From Lama guanicoe (taxonomy: Eukaryota): a stretch of DNA of 64,000 nucleotides. The position numbers were made by a program, and so were the translations under genes. Each line of letters starts with the position of its first letter. The first letter of the stretch is position 1. The notes under the pieces were generated by a model. It worked only from the letters and a program-made list of their open reading frames with translations, made no database searches and was not told where the DNA came from. The stretch lies in NCBI GenBank assembly GCA_013239625.1, contig MU056898.1:2261717-2325716 (forward strand). The letters run 5' to 3'. Shown piece by piece: positions 20,985 to 64,000 of this stretch.

Positions 20985-23150
20985 AGATTTTCCTTTCCTG
21001 AGGCAGGCTTGTGTCGCTGTAAACTTCCCTCTGAGAACGGCTTCTGCTGCGTCCCGGAGGTCTGGGATCGCTGTGCTTGCGTTTTCATTTGTCTCAGTAC
21101 TTTCTGATTTCCTCAGTGATCCACTAGTTGCTTAGTCTCCACGTGTTTGCAGTTTTTGCAGTTTTCCTAGTAGTTGATTTCTGACCTTATAGTGCTGTGG
21201 TCTGAAAAGATGCTCAGAACAATTTCGATTTTCTTAAATTTACCGAGGCTGGCTTTGTGGGCCAGCATGTGGTCTATTCCGGACAATGCTCTGTGCACAC
21301 TTGAGAAGAAGGTGTGTTCAGTTGCTTCCGGACAGGATGCTCTACAGACATCAGTCAAGTCCGTCTGCTCTAGTGTTTCCTTACTGGCTTTCTGCCCGGG
21401 TGACCTGTCCATTGACGGAAGTGGGGTGCTAGGGTCCCCACTATTTTTGTTATTGTCAGTTTCCCCTTTTACGTCTGTTAACAGTCGCCTTGTGTATTGA
21501 GGTGCTCCTAGGTTGGGTGCATATTTATTTACAATCGTTACGTCTTCTTCTTGGATTGACCCCTTGAGCATTATGTAGTGTCCTTCTTTGTGTCTTGTAA
21601 CAGGCTTTATTTTAAAATCGACTTTGTCTGATGTAAGTATTGCTACTCCAGCTTTCTTCTCGTTTCTGTGTGCATGGAATATCATTTTCCATACCCTTAT
21701 TTTCAGCCTGCAGGTGTCTCTAGCTGTGAGGTGGGTCTCGTAGACAGTGCATATATGGGTCTTGTTTTCATATCCATTCAGCCAGTCTGTGCCTTTTGGT
21801 TGGAGTGTTTAATCCATTTACATTTAAGGTAATTTTTGATATGTATGTTCTTATTGCCTTTTGCTAATTGTTTTGTAGGTTTTTTTTTTCCTCTTTCTTC
21901 TTTTTGTTCTCTTTTCTTGCGGTTTGATGACTAGAGAAGGTCCTTTAACGTTTGTTGTAAGGCTGGTTTGGTGGTGCGGAATTCTTTTAGCTTTTGCTTG
22001 TCTGTGAAGCTTTTGATCTCTCCATCAGGTCTGAACGAGAGCCTTGCTGGGCAGAGTGTTCTTGGTTGTAAGCTTCCCCCTCTCATCACTTTAAATATTT
22101 CGTGCCCCTCCCTTGTGGCCTGCAGAGTTTCTGCTGAAAAGTCAGCCGATAACCTCGTGGGAGTTCCCTAGTATGTCATTCGTTGCTTTTCTCTTGCTAA
22201 TTTCAAACTTTTCTCCTTATCTTCCATTTTTGTCAATTTGATTACTGTGTGCCTCGGTGTGTTCCTCTCTGAGTCGATCCCGATTCCGTGTGGAACTCTG
22301 CACTTCCTGGACTTGGGTGACTGTTTCCTTCCCCACGTTGGGGAAGTTTTCAGTTACTGTCTCTTCAAAAATTTTTCTCTGGTCCTTTCTCTCTCTCTTC
22401 TCTTTCTGGGACACCTGTAATGCAAATATTAGTGTGCTTCATGTTGTCCCAGAGTTCTCTTACACTATGCTCATTTCTTTTCATTCTTTTTTCTTTATTA
22501 TGTTCTGCAGTGGTGATTTCCACTAATCTGTCTTCTAGCTCACTGATCCGTTCTTCCGCCTCATTTAATCTATTCTTGTTCCTTCTAGTGTGTTATTCAT
22601 TTCAGTGATTTTATTCTTCAGCTCTGGGTATTCTTTATGTTTTCCAACTGTTTGCTAAAAACTTCGCTCTGTGCATCTGTATTCCTCTTGAGTTCTCTGA
22701 ACATCTTCACCATCATTACTGTAAACTCTTTCTCGGATAAATTGCCTCTCTCTTCATCACTTATTTCTTCTTCTGGGATTTTGTCTTGTGCCTTGGCCTG
22801 GGAGATATTCCTCTGCTGCCTCATGTTGTCTGTCTTTCTATTTGTATCTTTAGGTAGGTTAGTTAACGTTTCTCGATCTTGGAGAGGTGGCCCTCTGGGA
22901 GACGTCCTGTGCGTCTCAGCAGTGCACTCCTCTCTTGTCACCCAAGGGTCAGGGTCCAGCCAGTTCCAGGATAGAGTCTGGCCTGTGTGTGTGGATTCCT
23001 TCCACAGGCTTTAGGATTGTTGTTCTCTTATTTCTGGCATCTGCCCCTGGTGGGTGAGACTGGACTAGAGGCTTAGGCCGGGTTCCTGGCAGGAGGAGCC
23101 AGTCCCTGTCCACTGCTGGGTGAAGCTTGGTCCTGGACCTCTGGTTGGCA
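20985..23150 (-). mobile_element. Degraded LINE-1 fragment: end of 5' UTR, ORF1 remnants and ORF2 endonuclease; lacks the RT and 3' end
   Basis: Minus-strand peptides KKAGVAILTSDKVDFKIK...EGHYIMLKGSIQEEDVTIVNKYAPN...HTFFSSVH...IDH...SDH (L1 EN), and MRQQRNISQAKAQDKIPEE.../IFEETVTENFPNVGKE (ORF1); frameshifts and stops; T-rich + strand. Confidence 0.93.
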
Positions 23151-23784
23151 TTTTTGTTTTCAGTTTTGAAGGCAGAGAAGTCCTTCTGCAAGCTGGAGGG
23201 CCAGAAGAGCCAGCGGTGTAGTTCTAGTCCAGGACCCAAGTCCAAAGGCCTGAGAACAGGTCTGAGGGCAGGAAAGTATGGATGTCCTGGAGAAACAGGC
23301 CACAGGCATGCTTCCAAGGCAAGGAGGTGGGTATGAGTTCCTGAGAACCCCTTTGTGACAGCCTAGCAAGTGCCCTGTGTCACTTCTCACTGGACCAGCT
23401 GGAGTCACCTCTGTCCCTGTCAATCCTTGCAGCCAGGAGGTTAGCGCTCTCCCACAGGAAAAACTAGGTCTGGTGCCTGGTCAGCTCTGCTGAAGCCACA
23501 GTACTGAGGCCAGCAAGGGACTGACTCCCTGCAGAAGAGCCAGGGGTCTAGTAAAAGAAAGGGCTGCCTCCCCAGGACAGCTGGTGGCAGCAGAGTGTGC
23601 TGTGAAGGAGAACCAGGTGCCCTGTGGCTGCTCATTGCATAGACCTGTGTAGTAGCTCATTGGAGACCGGGAGCTAAGCTGTGGAGATGTAGCCGGAGTG
23701 GTCTGTTGCTCCCCACAAGCGAGCTTTGAGCAGCTATGAGGAAATGGAGACATCCTTACAGTTCATAGAAAAGCCTTGACACAG

Positions 23785-24260
23785 GGTATTTTGCTATTTG
23801 TGCTGGGCAACAAGCAACTCCAAACTTAGTGCCTGAAACTAACTGACAGATGTTTATTGTCTTCCAGGGTTTCTGTGAGTCAGGAATCTGGGAGCAGCTC
23901 AGCTGGGTGGCCCTAGCTTAGCATCTCGGGAGGCTGCAGTCAGGATGTTGGGCGGGGCTGGTCATCAGAAGGCTCCTCTGGGGCTGGAAACCTCCCTCAT
24001 GCCTGGGGCACCAGTGCCGGATGCTGGGGGACCCAGGTCCCTCCCCACGGGGGCTTCTCATACAGGCAGCTCACCCCCTCACAGGAGATCCAGGGATGGG
24101 CAGGGGCCCGGGGGTCCTACAGCCTAGCTTTGGCAGTGACGTACTACCACTCACGTGTGTTCAACAGGCCTCACAGACAAACTAGGCCCAGCGCTGGTGG
24201 GGTCACAAGGGCTTGAATTCGGGAGGCGTGGACCACTGGGGGCCCGCTTCGGGGCTGCTC
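23785..24260 (-). mobile_element. Old MaLR LTR (MLT1H/F-like), antisense
   Basis: caaacttagtgcctgaaac...tttctgtgagtcaggaatctgggagcagctcagctgggtgg...ggctgcagtcaggatgttggg. Confidence 0.6.
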
Positions 24261-25050
24261 TACACACAGGGAAGTGGGAACCCTTGACTCCGGTGGTGGG
24301 GACAGCATGGGGTCCAGAGAGGGTCAGGAGGGCTGGGGGGACATGGGGGACCTGGCCAGCCTGTGCCAGGATGCAGGGCTGAGGTTGGGGGCACGCCTCG
24401 CTGGAACATCATGAATTCAGGGGCAGGAGAAGAGCCGGCTCCGGTGGCAGGGGCTGGAGCTGGTGCTTTTAGTTGTCACATTGTTCCAGTCTGGTGGGAT
24501 GTGGACGCTGACCTGACGATCGCAGAAACACGTGATCCGAGTCCAGGTGGGGGCTCCATGTGAGAACACACTGAGGTCACCCGGCTAAGGGCCAGGAAAT
24601 CTTCCAGGAGGAAATGTTTGGCAGCACCTGGAATAGGAGTTAACGAAGTAAGGGTGGCATGGGGCAGACAGTTCCAGGGTGGGAGAAGGTGCGTCTAGAA
24701 GCTTCTGGAAGGTGGGAGTGCTTCTACGCTCCCTCTTCTCTGATGTTGGAATTGCTGCCGGCGGTCAGACCTTGTATTCAGCACTCACTGAAGAATGACC
24801 CACAACTCAGTAAGCAGCTCTGGAGGTCCCGGCGCGGTGCTTCCGGCCTGGGGGCTGGGGAGCCGCTCTGAGCCCCTGGACACGGGAGGACAGGCTGGCC
24901 TGCTGGGGCTCGGGTTGGTGGCAGGGCCTGCTGATGGCTCTGCTGGGCAGCGGAGGGGCTTCTGAGGTCTTGGATTCTGGCCCTGAGGACCTGGGGGCTT
25001 CCGAGGCCTGGCTCTGCCCTAGGGAGGCTGGTCTTGCTCTTCCCAGGTTC

Positions 25051-25066
25051 TCCTCTAGATGGCGCC
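25051..25066 (+). promoter_or_regulatory. Candidate CTCF motif TCCTCTAGATGGCGCC between FAM20C and FOXL3
   Basis: One mismatch to CCASYAGRKGGCRS. Confidence 0.45.
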
Positions 25067-27179
25067 AGGGGATCAGACACAGGCAGCATCCACAGGGCAG
25101 GCCTTCTGGCCGCTCCAGGATGGCGACCGCAGGACACATCCAGCCAAGAGTAGCGGTGGGGGGCTGCGTTTTGAAGCAGGGCTGGGCTGGGTGCGGGCCT
25201 TGGGTGGGGCTGGCTGGTGGGAGCCTCAGAGCAACCTAGCAGGGCTGCCCCTGAGCTGGACGAGGCCCTGGTGTGCACCCCACTGACCCCACTCCTCTGA
25301 GCCGCTCCCCACTTAGCCCATGAAAGCCACCAGGCTGGGAGCTGCCCCACCACTTTGGGACGGCGTAGACACTGTCCCCAGTTCCTGGCCACCCACAGAT
25401 CCCTCCTCCGGAATGCCAGCTCCGAGAAGAATAAGAAAGGCCCCGCTGTGCATGTGGGGAGCCCCTCCCGGCGGGGGCTTTGGATTTCCGCTTTCCTGAC
25501 GGAGGTGAGGTCCATCCAACGTCCCCCACTCCGCCCCCAGGATGAGGCTTCTGAGGTGGCTCTCCTTCACCTGCTTCTGCCTCTTCCCTTGGGATGTGAG
25601 GACAGTGACTCGTGGGAGAGTTTCCCTGAAGACTGGGCAGGATGTGGGACAGAATGAGGGGGCTCTGGGTGCATCACCTGGAGGGTGGGCTGGGGGCCCA
25701 GATCTGGCCCACCTGGGAGCCTGCACCTCGGCGTGGCCCTTGGGGGACTGGCTCCAGGAATCTGAACAACTGACTTGCTCCCAGGTGGGGAGGCATGGGG
25801 TTGGCCAGGTGTCACAAGGTGGCCTCTGCCATCGCCCTCCTTGGGCCTCGGTGTCACTGTCCTTGGGGCAGCTCGGCTGTGTGGGTAGGGGCTGGGGGTC
25901 GGGTGAGCCCACCTGCTTCCCCACCGCCCCGTCGACTTGCTCAGTCCCTTAGACCCTTGGGGTGGGGGTGGTGCCCGGCTCCCCATCGTGCCCTGATTGA
26001 CTTGTCCATTTATGCGTTTCCGTGAGAAAGCGGTCCCTGCCCCCAGAGCCACCCTGCAGCCTTGGCCAGGGGCCGCCCCTCCTGCCTCTCCCGTGGTCCC
26101 AGGCTGACTAGGGGAGGGCGTTTGTCTTGATTTCCCCCCAGTTTGTTCTTTCAGTCACGCTTGATTTCTTACTGCACAGTCTCCTCGGCCCCAAGGTGCT
26201 GTCCTGTTTATGGACGAAGCGGGCTGCCTGCTGCCGTGGGGGAAGCAGCCGTTCACCGAGAGGTATGTCACAGGAAGCCCTTTCCCGCTTTGTTCCAGAC
26301 GCCCCCTGCAGCTGCAGATCTGGGTCCCCAAGGCCATGCCCCCCTCTGTTACTCCAGGGAAGTCCCCTTGCGGGTCTGGGCCTTGGTTTAGATGGTGTAA
26401 AACGGGCTGATGGGATCCAGACTCTACCCAGGAGCGGTGGTGAGGGCCTGAGCTCGCGGCCCCACTGGGCTCTTTGGCCCCGCCAGGCTCACAGCTCAGG
26501 CCCTGCCCGGCCCCTCCCCACGTCCAGCAGCTTTGCCTGCATTTTGAACTTGCAGCAAAGCAAAGGGTGAACACAGCTTTAAAGCCTTAAGTAACAGTCC
26601 AGATCAGACCTGAGAGAGCAGGCCGCTGCCCCTCCCAGCCCCTCCCCATTCCTGCAGCAAAGGCCAGAGAACGCACTCCTGTAAGCTTCCCTGGGTGCTA
26701 TGCTGTGCTGTTTTGGTGTTACCCCCGTGTTTCAATGACAGGCTGTATTTTTCAGCTTTATGTGATACCTACTGAAATTCTGCCCCGAGAGAGGGTTTGG
26801 GCCACCCCTCAGCCCCTCCCAGTTCGGTTGTATCCCCTCCCTGTTTTGGAGTAGTGTTGATTGCTTCCATTGCTGCCTGCGACCCGCATCGCAGCTGGGC
26901 CAGAAGGTCCTCTGCTGTTTCCTTCCTGGAGGTGACTGCGCCCGCCCTCAGGGCCGTGGTTCCAGGCAGGTTCTCACCCTGACGGGGCTGTAGCCTCCTC
27001 CACAGACAGCGCGGTTCCTCTCTGTTCTGTGTTTTCCTGGGGACCGTCCCTGGAGCCCCCTTTTGTCCCTCCTACCCTTGTGCCAGGGTCCCCAACCCCC
27101 CGTCCCGCCTTCCTTTCCCTCGACTTCTTCCTGGTGCCACACCCCGGCAGTGTCCTTGGGTTAGCGTCTGTCAGTCCTC

Positions 27180-28025
27180 ACATCAGCACGCTCACCCGGC
27201 GCTGAAGGAACGTCCCCCTGCACCACTGCTGCTGCCCTGCCCGGAGCCTTGGAGAGCACTTCCTGTGTGCAGAGGCGTGAGTCTGTCCTTCCTGGCAAGT
27301 GTTAGTCAGTCTCCTCCGAAGTCCCTCCCCTCGACCTTTGGACTCCTGTGTCTGGCTTTGCATCGCCCAGTTTTAGTAAGAATCCTGCTAAGTCAGTTTA
27401 ATGAGAGCCCCCAGCCCCGGCCCTCCTTCGCCAGGAATCCCGGTTCAGCCAGAGCCCCGGACTTGGTGATTTTCCACCCACCTGCCCCTTGGCTGGAAAG
27501 CCCCACTTCCCAGGCTGCGCTGGGAGTTGAGCCGGTTCTATACTGAGGTCTCTTGTCCCCAGTGCAACGGTCCTGAACGGAACTTTCCACAGCTTTGACT
27601 GCTGCCCGGCTCTGGGCCCCTTGGGTGGCTCTGTGGGGCTTGGAGCCTCCTCAGTGACACTGCTTGGCGTTTGAAGGGGAGCAGGTGCCACCCAAAGCAC
27701 GCCTCTCTGGTGTAAGGGTTATTTTGAGAAACAACAGAGGAGCAGCTGCCCTTTTGTGAGGGACGTCTGCACGAGAAGGAACCCTCCCTTGTAAGTGTTG
27801 CCCTCTCTGTGCCGGGAGGAGGGGAGACTCTAGGTCACGGGGGACTCTCGCCAGGGAGAAGAGGACTTAAACCCAAGTAACCATCGTGCCGTCGTTAGGT
27901 GCTCTGCCTGTCCACCCCCGGACCTGGCCTCCCCCACACCCTTCTTCCGTTGTCTCCAGCTCAGGGAGTTCCAAGGGATCTGGAGGCTCCGTGTCAGGAC
28001 CGGGGACAAAGACCAAACAGCTAGT
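27180..28025 (+). mobile_element. Cluster of degraded ERV1 LTR pieces (MER34/MER39-like)
   Basis: agttttagtaagaatcctgctaagtcagtttaa...ggagttgagcc and taagggttattttgaga motifs; boundaries approximate. Confidence 0.55.
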
Positions 28026-28709
28026 CCTTGTTACGCCCCAGGCTGCAGTACCCGAGCCCTGCAGACCTGGCAACCCAGACGCTGGACCATGCTCTCAGTT
28101 CTGGAGGCTGGAAGCCCACCGTCAGGTTCCCAGCGGGGCTGTTTCTGGTGAGGCCTCTCTCCTGGCTGGCAAATAGCCGTCTCCTCCCTGTGTGCACGGG
28201 GAGATCTGTGGGCTAACAGTCGGGAGAACCCCCGATAAAAGGCAGAGGAGCTGTGATTTCTCTGCTTCAAAAACAGCTCAGTCCCTGTGAGCCCTCGGCC
28301 AGCAGACTCCCCCCAGGCCCAGCCTGGCCCACTCGCAGGAGACAGAGATGCTCTGCGGGAAGGAGGCTGGCGGAGCCCCCGCGGCAGGCTTCGGGTGCCA
28401 TGGCCTGCAGAAGGGGAGCATGTCGCTAGGGGGCTGGGTCTCTTAGGCTGCTCGTGGCTCAGTACGGCCCCTGTGCTGCTGGCCCTGTGGCCAGTCCAGC
28501 CACCGCTGTCCTGGCTCCTGCTGGGTGGACACGGGTGCCCGTGGAGACTCCATGCTGCCCCCTGAGCATGGCCCAACCAGGAGCCGAACAGGCCCCTCTT
28601 TCAGCCCCGGCGCCTGGCCATGCCTGGTTCTAGGACCGACATTGGAGGGTGGGCAGGTGGGCAGCTGAGCGCCAGGGAGTGAGGGACCCAGACCCCAGAT
28701 AGGCCCCTG

Positions 28710-29345
28710 CACACACTTGCTGAATCTTTATTGCACTTTTACCACATTGCAAACTATTCCATGGAAACTCTGCACAGGTACCCCAGCGGCCCGGCCGTAG
28801 CAGTGTGCCTTATGGACACAGCTTCCAGAGCAAGTCAGATTATGGACAGCCCGGCGGCCAAGCCCCGAAACCCCACGGTGTTCGTCTGTCGATGTGTGTC
28901 CCTGAGGGCCCTCAGGAGCCTCCGGCAGCTGTGACGAGTCCCAGCCCCTGGAACTCAGCCCCAGGAAGGGAGGAGAGGTTCTGCTGTAGGTCGGACCCAC
29001 GTGGGAGCACGTCACAGCGACCCTGCCGCTTGCGGAGTGGCCTCCGTGATTCGGGAAGGGGTCCGGGGTCTGCACAGACGTCTCCATTTATGTACATTTA
29101 CACCAGGTATAAATACAAAATAGTAAATAAAGGCTTCCTCTCCATATAAAAAGGGTGGGTCGTCCGCCGCCAGGCCGCTCTGTCCGTGGGCGAGAAACGT
29201 GCCCTCCAGGTCTGTTCTGGTCTGGACCCGGAGAAGACGCGCCCCGTGGACCTGCCGCGAGGGCCCTGGCGTCCTCGGGGCAGCCTGGTGGCCCTGAGTT
29301 CACCAGCCTCCCACATCCCTCGGCACTGGCCGCGGCTCGTGGTCA
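28710..29345 (-). other. FAM20C: FAM20C 3' UTR (3' end approximate)
   Basis: Runs from the stop codon to AATAAA at 28727-28732, followed by GU-rich sequence; AU-rich block at about 29086-29150. Confidence 0.8.
28727..28732 (-). terminator. FAM20C polyadenylation signal AATAAA
   Basis: tttatt on the + strand about 615 nt after the stop, with GTGTGTGC downstream on the - strand. Confidence 0.8.
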
Positions 29346-62255
<32,910 letters not shown>

Positions 62256-62256
62256 T

Positions 62257-62282
62257 CACACACACACACACACACACACACT
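62257..62282. repeat. (CA)13 microsatellite in FAM20C intron 2
   Basis: Read directly. Confidence 0.95.
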
Positions 62283-63483
62283 TGCACATACAGGCACACC
62301 TGCTCGTCCAGTCTAAGTGTCTGAGGTTCTAGGGAAAGTCTGGCAGAGTTGGTATGAAGAGACCCTGAGGACCCCTTGGCTGGAAACACCTCCCCATCAG
62401 AGGGGCCTTCTGGGAGCTCCACACGGACATCAAGGAGACACACTGGAGGGGACACACTGCAGGGTCTGGTGTATGGCAGCCCCGAGGTGGGCATCTCTGC
62501 CCGGCTCCCTGTGACTGCGGTCCCTGTAAGGCACCTCCACCCTCCCTGACCTCAGTCCCCTTTCTGTTGAAAGGGGCTCAGCTTCCCTGCCTGGCCTCCT
62601 CCTCCTGGGGCTGTGGTTGGGGTCGAGACTGACTTGTCAGAGCCTGGCTATGAGGGGGTGAGAGGGACACCGCCTCCTGGGGCCACTCTCACGACCACGT
62701 GGGGGTCCCGCCAGCAAAGCATCTGGAACACCGTCAGGCTCGTTCAAATTGACCTCGAGGTTGACTCCTCGAATGTTCCCGTGGCCTCAGGGCTCTGTGA
62801 GCGCCAAGGCCAGGCCCTCCTCCAGGTCCCCAGCCCGGCCACCTGCCCCACGGCTGCCAGGACAGCCTGGCTCCATCTGCAGGCCCTTGACCTGGAGTCT
62901 GGAGATGCGGCTGAGGTCCGATGTGACCCAGGTCTATGGGTGAAGCGCTCAGAGCCCGTGCCCTCCTCAGGAAAACAAATTCCACTTCACTCCAAAACAC
63001 CTGAAACAGCCTACAGATGCCTGACCCGGGAAGGTGAAGGAGGCGGGGCTGTCCACGTGACCGAACACTCAGCAGCCTCCCAGCGGCACTGAAGAGCTTG
63101 TAACGACACAGCGAACTGCCAACGATTCTGTCGCTAAGCCGAGCCCTGGAGCCACCACCCTCACACCCTCAAGCGCCTCCTTCAGAGCGGAAGGTGCGGA
63201 CGCTCAGACGGAGCTGAGGCCCGGGGGTCGCCTCCCAGGGCTGGGGCTGCTGGCTTTGATTTCCTTCCCCTTGTCTGTGCCTCCTAAATTCCCACAACGA
63301 TCACCTACTACTTTTCTAATCGGATGAAAACAGAAGCGATCGTTCAAAGCGCTAGTGGTCTGATTGAGCCCCAATTCACTGTCCCCAGTTCTACTTAATA
63401 ACTGGGGTCACTGGATTTGATTATTCCCTCCTGGGCTAACTGGGACAGCATGTCAGCTCTTTCCATGACTTGTACTTCTATTC

Positions 63484-63608
63484 TTTTGTTGTTGTTGTTG
63501 TTGGGGGAGGTAACTGGGTCCAGCTTTTAAATGGGGGTACTGGGGATTGAACCCAGGACCTCGTGCGTGCTTAGCACGCGCTCTACCACTGAGCTATACC
63601 TTCCCCCC
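63484..63608 (-). mobile_element. tRNA-derived SINE, Vic-1-like (camelid)
   Basis: Minus strand GGGGAAGGTATAGCTCAGTGGTAGAGCGCGTGCTAAGCACGCACGAGGTCCTGGGTTCAATCCCCAGTACC...TTACCTCCCCC + (AAC)n tail; Pol III A box (TAGCTCAGTGG) and B box (GGTTCAATCC). Confidence 0.88.
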
Positions 63609-64000
63609 AATAATCCTGCTTTTTAAAATAACAAAGTATTATGCAAATCTGGTCAGTTTAATCATCCTTGCTCTGGAAGCAAGTCCCACCTGCACCCCTG
63701 TGTCCAATCAGCTCCTCCCACGGAACAAATAAATGATAAGAAACCAAAGGGCATCAGAACCTCAGAGTGACTGAGGACTCCAGAAACGCAGGGTCTCGCC
63801 CACCTCAGCACTGTACTCTTACTGGGGGACTGGTGCTGTCCCACCAGCCCATCGGTCACTCTGCCAAGCTGGGGCCAAATGCTGAGAGACGTCTGGAATT
63901 CTGCTGCAAAATCACGTAGAGTCTCCTGAGAAGCTGCCGTGTGTCATGGCCGAAAGCAGACTTCAGGGGAGCAGCGGCAGATGCCGCCTGAGCCTCTTTG

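Noticed and set aside
21167-21685. 172-aa endonuclease-like ORF as an active or domesticated gene
   Set aside because: Fragment of a degraded L1 with deletions and neighbouring frameshifts; no RT.
63535-63606. Possible tRNA-Ala gene
   Set aside because: The tRNA-like head continues into a SINE body and simple-repeat tail, and the acceptor stem pairs imperfectly; called as a SINE.

Overview
GC-rich mammalian genomic DNA. The host is probably a camelid, based on a Vic-1-like tRNA-derived SINE and a camelid-type L1 3' end. Two protein-coding genes lie on the minus strand, in the same order as in human. (1) The 3' part of FAM20C (Golgi casein kinase): exons 3-10, all with GT-AG boundaries and in-phase joins, 971 coding nt, stop at 29346 and polyA signal at 28727; exons 1-2 lie beyond the window end. 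(2) A complete three-exon FOXL3 (217 aa, forkhead domain plus eh1 motif) in a CpG island. The rest is intronic or intergenic: L1/L2/MIR/MLT/ERV1-LTR relics, minisatellites, one 67-N gap, an orphan CpG island with a strong CTCF motif, and AT-rich homeodomain-motif blocks downstream of FOXL3. I see no evidence of a new multi-gene system, and nearly all other ORFs in the track look like GC-rich noise. The best leads are a 36-bp minisatellite grown out of the FAM20C exon-5 splice donor (in-frame cryptic donors at the dimer interface, plus eight EBF-type palindromes), a CGG/CAG repeat in frame with the FOXL3 start behind a strong-context CUG, and FAM20B-like residues in FAM20C. Repeat family names and comparisons with human proteins are from memory and need database confirmation.
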